NCBI RefSeq assembly: GCF_009834535.1
Contig: NC_045696.1
Coordinates: 55,740,001-55,804,000 of the forward strand
Origin: Camelus ferus
Taxonomy: Eukaryota
DNA: 64,000 nt
Direction of reading: 5' to 3'
Part shown: piece by piece, positions 36,911 through 50,905 of the stretch
Numbering within the stretch: the first letter of the stretch is position 1
How the letters are laid out: each line of letters starts with the position of its first letter
Made by a program: the position numbers and the translations under genes
Notes under the pieces: model-generated
Seen by the model: the letters and a program-made list of their open reading frames with translations, nothing else
Told to the model about the DNA's origin: nothing
Databases searched by the model: none

Positions 36911-39900
36911 ACGGTGGCACTATGAACTAGAGGACATGGAGGTCATTGAAATCAATAATAGGAAAAGTGGATTATATGCATTCAGGCTCATTGTTCTAGT
37001 TTGTTCTGTTGGATGTCATTTTTTATTACTTCAAGGTCTGGTCTCGCAGCAAAAGTCCTGATGGCTTGCTTCGGTAAGATTTTCTTGTTTTTGTTATTTT
37101 ACAACTTAGTAATTGTCAAACATTTGCAACTTCAACTTCACTCTCTTATGTTGCAATCATACATGTTACCCAAGATACCCAGTATAAATCAATGGATACT
37201 GTAATGAAAAATGAGTAGGAAAAAAAAGCTATCACTTCTCAAAATTCCGCAGCTTAAAGGAGTTATGTGGGTCTACCTGCAGAGGTGCGAACTCAATTTT
37301 TCTATTACTTGAATTAATCAAGGACTATTCCCCCCGCCCCTACCCAGTGATTATGTTAATGGTGCTCTGGGTTGCAGGGAGGGGGTGGTGGAAGAAGTTT
37401 GCTATCCCGGCATATATTATCACAAAAGGGGGTCGGGGGAGGAGAGGCACTCAATGGGTGGAAATGGCAGGCCCTTAGAAAAATAATCATACAACCTAGG
37501 CTCACAACCTAGTGATATTTGCAGTGAAAAATACTGTTGCCAAGGGGATAAAAATACAAGTATTTGGCAATATTTTATTTAGAACTTAACACTACTTGGC
37601 CTGCTCCTGTTCGTTACTGCCCTAAATGCCTTTTTCTCCTGTGTACTCCCAGATCCCCACTCTTCTGTTTCTCTATCCAGAATAAGCCCGCCACCCTGCC
37701 CCACCCCCCAAACTGGCAACACTCAGTTCCCCTCAGTCCTCATCTTTCCTGCAGTTCTTCTAGAGCCCTTACCTCCTTGCAATCTCTTCAATGAACGTTG
37801 CCTCCACTTCTTAGATGTCAATAAAACTTGACACTCACCAGAGGGGACTTCTTTCCCTGCCCATCTGTTCCACAAAAAGCCCAGAAACGTTATCCAGGTT
37901 TCATACTCCTGCTTCTGCACCAGTTTTTCCCATCTCATACAAAAATCTCATGTTACTGAAATTTATGGCATCCAGCTATTTTAACTTCTCCATTCTTTGT
38001 GGCCATGATGTAGTCCATGCCCCAGATTTCCCAGTCTTTGACACCAGGCGCCCTATTTCCTCTCTACCTCATGTCCCACCATCATTCTGGATGACTTCAA
38101 TGTTCCTGAGGAAAAGTCACCCAACCCCTTGCCACAACCACTTCCACCTTTGACTCTACTCAATTTTGACCATTTGCTTCCAGGGTTACATTTCAGGCTA
38201 TTTCACAACCCAGAATTCTGTGATCCTAAACTCCCGTATTTCTTTACCAGAATGCCTCTCTCCTGGTTCCTTTATTCCTTCTATTTGCTCAAGACTGCTA
38301 ATGCCTGGCCCATTCCTCTTTCTGACAGACTGTATCCCACCAAACTGCATTCTTCTTCCCTAGCTTTTCCAGACCCCAAGGTGCATCATCTCGGCTTTTC
38401 TCAGCAGCACCATTAACTCCCTTGATGCTGAACAGTCCTTCGGCCATACCTGCTTGGCAAACCTCCAAGCCAGGACCAGGATTCCTACCACCCATTGTCT
38501 CTAGCCTTTTATTGTGTTTGCTGAGTTAGACCAGAGAAAACCATAAACCCATGATGTGAGCCTTTGGAAGTTTATGGTTTACCACCTCAGCAATGGCCGC
38601 ATTCCCCAAACTCACAAAGGCTATTCCTCATCCTAGCTGGACCACTTCCCCCCAAAAGTAACTGCTTCTTACTTCACTACCAGTTTATGCTATCAGATGT
38701 GTTTTCTCCACCTCCCAATGCCACTTCTTATATGTGTGCACCTAGCCTCCTTTCTAGCTCAGAGGAAGTGCTACTCCTCTTCCCAAGAGCCATCCTTTCC
38801 AATTCACTACTCCAAACCAACTGCAACCTGACCTCCACCCTCACTGCTCCATTCAGTTTCTCCTGCTAAAGTTACCAATGGTCTAAATAACCAAATCTTA
38901 CAGCCAATTCTCAGTCTCTTGACTTTCCTCTTGCATTTGATACTGTTCATCATTCCTTTCTCCAAATTCTGATTCACCTCACCTCTTGGACTTCTATTTT
39001 CTTAGTCTTGTTCACTTGAAAGCTTCCTCTTCCTCTACCCTTAAATGTTGTTATTCACCAGAATTCTGTCCTTCCTTCTCTTTTCACTCCACATACTTTC
39101 CCTGCATTATCTTATTCATGTCCATGGCTTTTTCTGTCACCCAAGGATGTCATCCCACCCCTACTCCCATTTTTTCTTACATGGACTTTTTAAATGGTTG
39201 GCTAACTGGTCTCCCTGCTTTAAGTCTCATTTACATTCCCCTGTTCTCCAAACCTATCCTATGTATTGCTGTCAAAGATATCTAAGGTAGGATAGTGGTT
39301 CTCATCAAAATCACCTGGAGAGTGTGTGCAGACTTCTGGGATCCTCCCAGTTTCTGACTATACTGTAGGGCTTGAAATTTTCCATTTCCAACAAGTTCCC
39401 AGCTAGTTGATGCTGGTGCTGTTCATCCAGAGATTATAGTTCCTGGCCCCTTGACCTGAGAACTCTTTGGGTCACAAGTCCTCAGCTTAAAATCTTTCGT
39501 TAGATGTCTTCTGTCAACAGAAGTCCTCAGCCTTCTGTCCACTTAAGAATTATTTGAAGAGCTTGTGAAAGGGGCATATTACTGGGCTTCACCCTAATGA
39601 TTCTGACTTAGTAGATCTGATGCAGTGTCCGAAGGATCACTCCTTTGACAGTCTGTGACCTACAAAATAATAAAAACCCAAACCACTTAATGTGGAATTC
39701 AAGTCACTCAAATCTATTCCTTATCTAGCTCTTCAGCATAACTGAACTATTAGTTAAAAACCTAGTACAAATCCATGCCACAAGTTTTTGTATATTCTGT
39801 TCATTCTGCTTGAGCCCCCACTCCCTCATCTCTGTGGTAAACTAGTCCTCCTTTAAAATGCATCATGTGTTACTGATGCAGTGAAGCTTTCCCTGACACT

Positions 39901-42748
39901 GCAGCTTCCAAGCAAAGTTCATCACTCTTTTTTACATCACTTCTGTCTCTTGTATGTGCCTCCTTAACTGAACACCTTTGTGTTACAATTACTTACTTGT
40001 CTGCCTTGAAGTTAATGTACTCTGAACAATGTACTGTGAACTCTGGCACACAGCAGTAATTTGACACATAATAATTGCTCAGTAACAGAAATGAGAGGAG
40101 TGGTGTGTAGGTGATTATTGATAGGGATGGGAGGGAAAGCAGCTTAGGGAATATAACATGGAGTCAGAGTGAACAGGATGCTGACAAATGTTTCCATCAT
40201 GCTAATGCCTGTGAACAACCCCCTTCTACTGACACACTTAACTTTAAGCCACCCAGAAAACTGGTCAAGCATCTTTTCCTTTCCCAGTATCCCAAGTTCA
40301 CCTAACTGATCTTTTGCTGTAACATTTTTTCCACACACCATTTCCCAACTTTTAACAATTACAAGAAAATCCATTCTTTAATGCGTATGCATCTCCCATC
40401 ACTAAACGAAGATGGTATCCTTTCCTTCACATGATCCCTAAGTAATAGGATATACAGGTAACTAGTAATTCCTCTATCCCCCATCTGATTATGAAACCTA
40501 CAAAGGACAGCTGAAATAAGTAGGACCATGATGAACTGAGGGTTTAATCTCCCGGATGCTGTCATACCTGGAAGAAGGGGTACACTTTGTAATTCCGTTA
40601 GTCAAAATTAAATTTTATTTATTATATTCACTCATTTGTTTAGCCAAGCTGGCATCTGATCCTCCTGTGCTACTTCTTTAGGATATGGCCAAGACTGGTC
40701 AAACCAAAAGGGGGAATCATGGCAGTTTACAAGACTAGTCTATTATCTGATCAGTTATCTAGGCTGCTTTTCAATGACAGAGCCAACCTGGGGCCATTGT
40801 GACATTTTTGTGCCCAGGCCACCCATTTTGCTCTCAGCTGTCAAGTGACTCATCAAAATGTCAGTTAGTCAAAAGAAGCATATGTTCAAGATCCTAAGGA
40901 AAGAATATGGGGATGGCAGCTTTCTCCCCACTCCCACTCCAAGAACCACCACATTTAGGCTGAATCACTTCACAAGAAACAACCAATACACTGATTATCT
41001 TGCTATTTTTCCAATATACCAAAATCGTTCCAACCTGAGGGCACTCACCGCCCTTGCTGTTACTGTAACATGGAAGTCCCCCTAAAACTATTCAAATGGT
41101 TCAGTCTTGCTTCATCTGGTCTTTGCTCAAAAATCATCTCCTCAAAGATGCTTTCAAGCAGTGCCATTCCCAGCACTGTCTATTTCCTTACCCTAATTTA
41201 ATTTCTCTTTACCACACTTATAACTACTACCAGGAGACATTATATATGTAAGTTTATTTATGGTATACTTTGCACCTCCCACCCCCCACACTGTAAGCTC
41301 TATGGTGTAGGGCCTTTGCATTTCTTATTCACTGCTACATCCTCAATGCCTAACATAGTGCCCGGTGGTCAATGTATATTTGTTCAATGACCAAATAGAC
41401 TCAGACTGAATGCCAAATAATGTAACTTTGAAAAAATAAAAGTGTACCCATCAAGATATGTAAGGAAACAATGGTTAACTTAGAGCAGTCACCTTGGGTA
41501 GTTGTATACACACCTACTCCTCACAAGGCTGCCTTTGCTGAAAACCTGTTGGGAACTCTTCTGCAAGAACTGTTTTCAGAGACAGTTCATGAATTACATG
41601 ATTGGTCTTTTTACTTCATAAACCATACCGTGTTTTCACCAAAAGCTTCAGTGTAAAAAAAACCCAAAGTGACCGTAGAAAACATATTAGAATTGTTTCA
41701 GGCTCTCAAGACAAAGCCTCAGGAGTTTAGATGACTACTGACATCAACTGACTAAGCATATCACCTCTCAAGAACACAGACCAAAAAGGGTTACTGTTCA
41801 CAGACGAAGTTTCCAGAGTGTGAAATTAAAAACACACGTAGATCAAATTACCCGAGGACAAAGAGGTAACTTCTCATATTTCACTTCCGTTCACAACTCC
41901 AAACATGCCACTGTAGGGGGGCTGCTGCCAGACTGCAGCCACTCTTCCAGTTACTTGGCGTCTTCAACGTGCCCAGACCCCACGCAGGGCACCTGTGCTC
42001 ATCCTCTCCCAAGATCAGTCACACACCAGCTCCTTCATGAGTGTGGGCATTCTATTCTGTCCCAAAAAGTATTATTTCAAACAGCTAACAATGAAAGGAA
42101 AATCTTCAGAGGCAAAACAAGTGTAATAAACAGAGAAAATGATAGCAATCTCCTGTTTCAGGATGGTAGATTATTCAAAAGCACATTTAAATGTCATAGG
42201 GCAGATAGAATGCTGAGTTGCTTATCTTAGAAATGCTTCCTCCACCAAGTAGGCAACAAAGAGAATTCCACCCAGGACTAAACCCTGCTTTCCCCCAATG
42301 TATTCCAACACTATTAGCCAGTCAAAGAAAAAGAACAAGTGCTGTCAGGCAACTCCACTGAGTTCCCTTTGTGTAGCAATAAGGCCAACTGAGGACTAAA
42401 GCTAATACGAAGGATGAGAAGGAAAGCAGACACACCAAAGGCACTGTGTCAAGTGATATATGAGATGTGTTCATAAATGAATGAGTTATTCCAGAGCCAT
42501 AGAGACAGATCAATCTCTTTACTGGAGAGGTGCACCTCTCCCCTGTATATTATTCAAATACACTAACACATGAAAGATCACATCACCTTGTTCATGGATA
42601 CATTTAATATCCCTTGCCCTTCCCGCCTTTCAAAACATAATAGTATACAAAATATAAAATATCTTAAATATTTATAAAAATTGCAAGAAAAAAATAGAAC
42701 GTATGAAAATATTTTTATCTGAGTTCGCCCTCATTGTTGAGAGGCAGC

Positions 42749-43012
<264 letters not shown>

Positions 43013-45204
43013 TCATAAAAAAGACTGTAGTTATTTTCACATTTTTTTCTAAAATTATTTCATATTTACATGTTCCTTACCACTAACGAGTAGATATCTT
43101 TATTGAATACCAATCAGGCTATTTCTTGCTATAGAGACCCAAACCTTTTCCTTTTTGCTCAAGGAATAATGAAATATATTTTATTTTAATGCCTCTGAGA
43201 CATGAAAAGGGATTACATCCAAAAGAACTCTGCCTCTAAAGATTTTTCCTAGATTATACCTTAGGTATATATTTTATTTGAGATAACCAGAAGTATATTT
43301 ATCTATCTAAGACAAGGGCTAAATAAAGGACAAAATGGGAAATATTTTAGACTTTGTAAGTCAAAAGGCAAAAACTAAGGATATAATGTAGGTAAGTCAT
43401 AACAATTTAAAAATATAAAAATCATTAGTTTGTGGGCTGGTCTAAGACATAAACACCTATATTAGACAAGTGTGGAAGAAGAGGAGGTATTTTAAGTTGA
43501 AATATCTATACAGTAATTTCTTAATTTTTTCTTAAACTGTCACCCACCATGCTGTTTGTTTTATTTAGTTTTTCTGGATATTGAAAAGAATAAAGGAAAA
43601 GTTAGTCAGAATTAAAGTTTGGTTAAAACAGAGCTATTTTCAGTCCTACCAAATTCTTTATTCAAAAAGGCTAAATCCTGGTTGACCAATAAAAATGCAT
43701 TATGAATAGAAAGATAAAAGTCACAGGTGGCAGACTGTGGTAACAGCAGCATATTAGATCTATTAGAACTGACTCAGACCTCAGGGCTCAAATCTGAGAA
43801 TAAAGCCAAATTATCATGACAGCTCTGAAAGGCAGCCAGGTACTCAAGATTCTTCTGTGGGAGGAAGAAAATGTTTAATCTGGGTTTTATTACATGATAT
43901 CCAGTAATATGTATAAAATTGGCTCAGAAATAATATTCTAAAAAAAACCTCAGGCTATTTCAGATTCTGTGACATTATAACAATCATCATTAAATGTGCT
44001 AATAAGCCATAAACTGAATGAGGAAATGCGAGGACAGACCTTAAATTCTAATAGCTATACGTAACAGGCACATTTTAAGTGAGTTTCCTCAGACTTCAGT
44101 GTGCCTAAGAAACATTTCTAAATATGCAAATACTGAAAATACCTGAGATCCTTCATAGATTGACTCAGAAGTTTGGGCTGGGGGTGGGGGGTGGGGCCCA
44201 GAATCACTATTTAAAGAATGAGCCAGGTAACTTATATGTAAGTGACCCAACCATCACTTTGACAACCACTGATTCACCTGTTTGGTCACACAAAATCAGT
44301 AATAAGTTAATTTCCTTAATCTTTCTTCTATGGTTTCCACCTGATTCTTCAGCTGTCTAACACTAGCAAGAAAATACTTATTTTTCAAGCAGAAAATTCC
44401 AATAAATTATTTGGTTACTGTAGGTTTCCAAGGGACCACAAGGGCCAACACAAATCATTAGTGGCCTGTGGAATTCAACAGGCTAAATTAAATACTCTAT
44501 GTAGAAACCAAATGCTTATGCAGTTGTAACTTAAGTCCATGCCTCCATCTTAAGGCAGTCTCACAGGAGTCTAGGAGATGCCTGTAGTTTCCTCATTCAA
44601 GGGTCTATCACCTTGCCCCACCCTCCCCTACCATGGTATTTACAAGAATGCTGCCCTGAGGCAAGTTCCCAGTATTTAATTAAAAGGCCTTAGTAGCAAA
44701 TACCCACAGAACCAGAAAGTCCTCGTACCATCACAAGGAATCACAAGGGATGATGGGAAGAATGGGACGGAGAGAGGGATTTAAGTAATAAATGAATGAA
44801 TGAATGGATGGATATATAAATAAATAAAACCCCAATTCTCTTTCAGAATAAATACGATCTCCACTCAAGGACAATGCACTACAGGCATTTTCACTAAAAC
44901 CAGTGCCCTGCATGTACCTTCTTTTCCCCACTCCCATTGATTAGCTGGCCCTTCTAAGTATATACTTCTGCCTCCTAGAGCCAGAATTCCTGGAAAACTG
45001 TAAGATCATACAGAACATAACCCAAGGCGTAAATTCAAGTGGGACAGAAGTGGGGTTTACTGGGTGTCTATTGCTTTTTCCTTTTTAACTTCTAAGCTTT
45101 TTTATCCCTGTAATCTAAGAAAAGGTAAAAGGCCACAGATCATGCCATTTGCCTGACTTTCAAAGGGGAAGATATTTCAGGAGATGAGATATATGACAAA
45201 TACC

Positions 45205-45249
45205 AAAAAAAACAAAAAACAAAAAACAAAAAAACAAAAAACAAAAAAC
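45205..45249. repeat. (A6-8C)n simple repeat
   Basis: Directly visible. Confidence 0.85.
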
Positions 45250-45570
45250 CATCACATTATTACTATACTAAATATTGCTTAAGGATACACAGATACAATA
45301 TAAGGACACCACTAAACCAAACTATTACAAATAAAAGTTATAAGATGAAAAAGGAAATCAAGTAATTGTATACTTTTTCAAGTAATTCTAGACTCAACAA
45401 ATTCCAATATAACTAGAGAAACCAGACAAGCTATTTAAGTTGAGATCTTGGTATTTTACCTTCAAACTGCCTTTCAGAAGGTATTTGCAAAGGACAGGGG
45501 CCATTACAGTAGTGGAATAATTACATGCATTAATTTCCTAGTATGTGCTACACACCGTGCTAGATGCTTA

Positions 45571-45780
<210 letters not shown>

Positions 45781-47663
45781 TTAGCACACAGGCGATTACA
45801 GATAAAACAGCGTCTGGCAAGGCCAGCTCTATTTCTATGGGAAGGATTCAGTATTCAAGGATTCATCTGCCTGAATTCTGAAAATACGATTATTCCACGG
45901 TCAAACTGGAAGGAGTTAGAAAGGATTTATTATAATTTCACTGCTATACAGTAGAGAGAAACTGCAAAGTGTCAAAGGACTTAAGAGGCTTAGGAGAACA
46001 AGCAGAAGTAAATGTGAAAGTAAGGCGTCTATGAGCTAGAAAATCGAGTGTAAGCAGGTGGACTGTCACCTCAGTCCCAAGTGAGCAGAGTCTATCGGAG
46101 GAAATGCTAGAGGGAACAAGAGAAAGTGGATGGTAACAACAGTGGATCAATTAACATTATCAAATTAGCGTGACATTTACTGCAGAATTGCATCCCAAAA
46201 AGCTATAGAAAATCAGTTTATTTATTACACACTTCAAATGTTTTATATGTGAGAACCCATACAGAAGAACACAGAGACACACAAGGTACTGACACACAGA
46301 CTTTCCTTTTTACCGCCTTCTTGGTTTATTTTTATAGAGGTTTCTCTAGGAAAAAGAAGTTACGGAAGAAGCTTCATCCTTTCCGGCACCAATGTAATGG
46401 AGTTGGGGTGGGGATGAGGATCTTCAGGTTAAGATTTTTTAAAAATCTAAGTTAATTCATCTCTTCCTGATTTTGGAAAGGTTAGTCTCCTAGGGTAAGA
46501 ACTGGGACAGCATTTTAGATATGTTAAAGAAAAAAAAAATTCTAGCACCCTGAAGCTTTCCCAGTTCAGAAAATGTTCCGCCGGCCTTGCTCACACTTAC
46601 CAGCATTAAAGTGATGATACACCTCATGGCCATGTGCCATCAGGAGCCTGAAGATGTACAGTACTAGTACTGTGGATTGTATTTTCAATTTTTATTGAAA
46701 TTTGTCCTTTGCCCACAGTCGGGTTTCTTTTCAGCCTGGCCCAATCTCTTTCAGTTCCTGGGCTTGAAGGCCTGTGCTAATCTGTATCAGACATCAAGGC
46801 AGATAATTGAAGGGAGCACGCTTAGGGGGAGAGAGGAAGGGGATGTCACCTCAATCTGTCCCACTTAATTAGGAAAGAATTTCTAGGTGATGAAATTTGT
46901 GAAATGTTCAAATTATAAACGGGAGGAAGATGAAGATGAAGATGGAGATGGAACAGGTCTGAGAGAAAGGTATGATGAAGGGCTCAGAAGCAGGAGAATA
47001 AAAGGGTTCCAAAGTCAGCCATTTGGGACCATAGGGAACATGCAGAGAAATGGCTGACGGGGGACACAATGAGAGGAATACTCTGAAAGAACTCAATTAC
47101 AGACAGTTTTCATTTAAACACAGGAGAAGCAGGGCAACATTCATTAGTGAGTTTAGGAAGGAAAGAAAGACACAATGAAAAATGCAGGCTTGGAAAATTA
47201 CTAGAACAAATTTACATTTGTTAGAAAAGATGAGAGAAACAAATTCCAGCTGCCTAAGGTAAGATGATTAGCTAGCAACTATTTTTAGCTGTGGCAATGA
47301 AGATGAGAAGATGGATTTAACAGTCTTCTAAAGAGAATTAAAAACATATCATGACTCTTTGAATTTGGGCCAAGGGTTAAAACTGAAAGAAAACTCCAAG
47401 ATTATAGCTTGGGAAACAAATTACACATTCTAGAGGGACTGGGGAGTGAAAGGTAGGAGACATTTAAGGAGGGACTGGGGATGGTGGCGGAAATGAGTTA
47501 AAGTCCCCTGCGTTCAGTTTAGAGTGATGACAAGCATCCATGTAGACAAAAACTAAAAATTAAAATGTTCAAAGCCAAGAACAAGAATGACATACAAAGC
47601 AAATAAACGTGATCAGCAGCATGTAGGAAGATGTTACGTGGTTTTACCCTCTAACCTACTTAC

Positions 47664-47851
47664 ATGTGCTGTGGAGCGTTGCTGTAGGACCCATGCTCAA
47701 GCTTCTGCCACTTGCCCAGGTGAGCAGCTGATTTATGTAGCAAATCACAGTATTTGGATGGCAGCAGTTGTGTGGTGAGCATGACAAAAGCATTGATCCA
47801 CACCATAATGAGGTGCTCACACGACCAGCGCATGTCATAGTACTGGGTACT
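47664..47851 (-). CDS. TMEM39A: TMEM39A coding exon (~exon 7)
   Basis: tttcag|AGT...CACAT|gtaagt, 188 nt. [62 protein letters not shown]. Confidence 0.96.
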
Positions 47852-48632
47852 CTGAAAGAGATCAGAAGAGAGAGAAATGATCCATGTACTAGTGAGCAAG
47901 AAGACAGGGATGGGTGCGTGTACATACGCCCTGCAGACAAATGCCACACTGAGTCACACATGCATTTGTTGTCCTGCTGTCCGTGCAGAGAGTTCAAGAG
48001 CAGAGTCCTCCAAAATCCTTCAACCTGACTTTCTGGCTGTATGAGTTAGGGCTGGGAGGCAATTGGAGAAGCAATTATACTTCAAGTGTTTCCTTTCTAT
48101 AAGAAGTGAGTGCTCTCTGTGAGTGGTCACTCCGGCCGCAGATGTGCCTTCTCAGTGGGTGAAGGAAGGGCACTAAAATGACCCAGAAGATTCTGGGCCC
48201 AAATGACATCCAGACCATTTTTCTTTTCTACTGAAGTAAATTAAAGTTTAGACAGAGGTTACATTAAATTCAAGGGAACTCCTGATAACCATAGTAAGAT
48301 CAACCATGGTAAGCTGAATTTTTTTGAAACCTCAGTTCTCTTAAGCTACCAATAGAACATTGATTCTATTGTACACGTTTATTCTTCCCGGAAACTGGAA
48401 AAAATTTTTTTAAAAAAATAGAAAAGAAAAAAGAAGGGACCACCACAGGTGCATCACAGATATGGAAATATCTATCCACCAACCAGGTATTAGTGTACTC
48501 CAGATGCAGCCGAACTCCACCATCCAGGCTGCCAAAGGGGAGACAGAGAAAAGGGGGATTAAATAAGAAATACCCAGTTTATGTCATTCACACACAAATC
48601 CAGGAAGCATATAAAACCAAGTAGCCACTTAC

Positions 48633-48981
48633 CTTCACAAAACACAGGGGGAGAAATGCAACATAGTAGGCACTGAAGAGGGAGTTGAAGAGAACTTCCT
48701 TGATTCTGTGGTTGAAATCTGCTTTCAGACATTCTACTTCATTGCGAATGAGGTCTGGAGACAGGGGGCAACTGTGGGTGGGGATGGGCGTGGCATTATT
48801 AAACTGTTCTTTTAGAGACTCCAGCAGTAAGGAGATAAAGTCTTTGGATTTGGCCAAGCCACCCACAGCTGAGGCACTTTCCTCTACCGCCTGGTGCTGA
48901 ACCACATAGTTATAGTCTGTAAGGAGCAGATGAGCTCTACTATCTTGGTGGAAACAGCAGAGAGGAACATAAACACCAAAC
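48633..48981 (-). CDS. TMEM39A: TMEM39A coding exon (~exon 6)
   Basis: cttcag|GTTTGG...GTGAAG|gtaagt, 349 nt. [34 protein letters not shown]...[12 protein letters not shown]. Confidence 0.96.
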
Positions 48982-50394
48982 CTGAAGAAAAAAGGGAGGA
49001 TGAAAATGAGACCACTGATGCCACCTAAGATCAGATCTCATAACTGATCTCATAACATCAGAGTGAACATGAAGTAACAGGGATTCTGCTGATGATAAAT
49101 TCATTATCTGGGAAGCTCCTTAACTTCTTCCCACAAAGGCAATATATATTCATTGTAGAACAGGAACTACAGAAAATCACACTGACAATATAAATTACCT
49201 AGAAATGATCATTTTTATAATTTTTACAATTGGGTGCACAGACTTTATACTTTTGATATGTTTAGCTTCACACAGTACAGACTATTTTATATACTGCTGC
49301 TTTAACGTTGTGTGTATGCCTTATGTGTATGTGCATGTACTGAGCATTTTCTCATGTTATAAACTATTTTTCTGTAACAATTCTAAAAGGTCCTATAGTG
49401 TTCTCATATGGCTATACCATAACTTACCTCTTGTTGGAAACTCAGACTTTCTTTTGTTGGAAACTCAGACTGTTTCTTATTTTTCACTATCACAAACTCC
49501 AGTGGGATAAGGCTTTTCCCGAAATCTTTGTGGACATCTGGTAATTTTCAAATGGCTTGTTTCAAATTCCTCCTTCTTACTAAGGGGCCCCCCTGCCTCC
49601 CTACCACATCACCTGCTACACTCCCACAGGCACACCTAGTTCCCCTTGCCTGGTTATTTTCTCCACTGATCTTATTTTACATGTTTATTAGCTTTTCAAT
49701 TTTCACTTTCTTTCCCTTGGTCTATCTTCCCCTCACTACAATGTAAGCTCCAAGAACCAGAGGTTTTAGTCTGCTTATTAATTCACTGCTGTATCCTTGA
49801 TGTCTGGAACAGTGGCTGAAACATAGCAGGCACTAAATAAATATTTCTGGATTAATGAAAACAATTCTAGAAGTATAATAAATAAATTTCTACAAGCAGA
49901 ATTACTTAAAGGACTGAATATTTGTGAGACTTTTCATAACTTCTTATAGTTGCTCCAACCTTTGGTTCCTTAAAAAAATTTTAAACACTTCCTCAGGTCC
50001 TCATTAAGTAACTTCCACATTGTGATCCAGGTATTATAAATAAAATGGTCATTTCACAGACATAAATTTAGATGTTAAAAATAGCAAATAAAAAGACATC
50101 TTATATACAAAAAATAAAAAATAAAAAACATATTATTATTTAGTTACACATTTTATTTAAAAAATTAACAAATGTCACCTGTTCATAGTTTTCTATAGAG
50201 GGAAAAAGGATGAGCTTATTACTAAGTAAGAGGATGGTTAGCAGCAGCTCTGGGATCCACTGTGAATGTGCCCTGGAGTAGTACGATGGGAGGGGTAAAT
50301 GTAGAACTGTCAGGCAGAAGAACTGACACATGTGCAAAACTGCGCAAGCCAGAGAAGGCTTCAAGTTCAATACTGCTGAACACAAACTGCATGT

Positions 50395-50885
50395 GTAGTG
50401 GTGGGGGTGAGAGGCTGGGGTGTGTGTTAGATTGCAATGATGGCCCCATTTCTTTACTCTTCCTTGTCATGTAACTGCACAGCCCTCATGCCATGGGTAA
50501 GATGATCCTGCCCTATATCCATATTGCGCTCAGTGATGTGATGTGTTTTGGCCAATGGGATGTCAGTAGACATGCTGTGACCAGAAACTTGAAATGGGCT
50601 TGCACACTGAGGCCTGTTCTCTTGACACTGTCAATTTCATGTGACCATGTCCAGGCTTACCTGCCAGAGCATGAGACACTTGTGCAGCAGAGCTCAGTTG
50701 TCCGAGTTGCCTAAACTGACAGCGAGCCAGTCAATCCCACATATGAGACTGAACCCAGATAAGATCAGGAGAGCCTCCTGACTTCCAGCTGACCCCAACA
50801 TATGCACAATAAATACATAGTGTGGTATGCTACCATGGCTCTACGGATATTTGTTACAGCATATGTTAACAGACAACTAATACAG
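50395..50885. mobile_element. MLT1-like LTR, approximate
   Basis: GATGTGTTTTGGCCAATGGGATG...AATAAATACATAGTGTGG...TTTGTTACAGCA...ACTAATACA follows an MLT1 pattern. Confidence 0.55.
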
Positions 50886-50905
50886 GGTACCAACAAAGGC
50901 TTAGA

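Noticed and set aside
46611..46651. GTGATGA...CTGA resembling C/D-box snoRNA boxes
   Set aside because: Spans only about 40 nt, lies antisense to the host gene, and has no terminal stem or recognisable guide.
46658..46673. Perfect 16-bp palindrome ACAGTACTAGTACTGT
   Set aside because: About one such palindrome is expected by chance in 64 kb (4^8 = 65536), and there is no other support.
49431..49471. Small tandem duplication TTGTTGGAAACTCAGACT x2 (similar ones at ~58219-58265 and ~49034-49056)
   Set aside because: Ordinary slippage duplications in introns; only two units, not an array or CRISPR-like structure.
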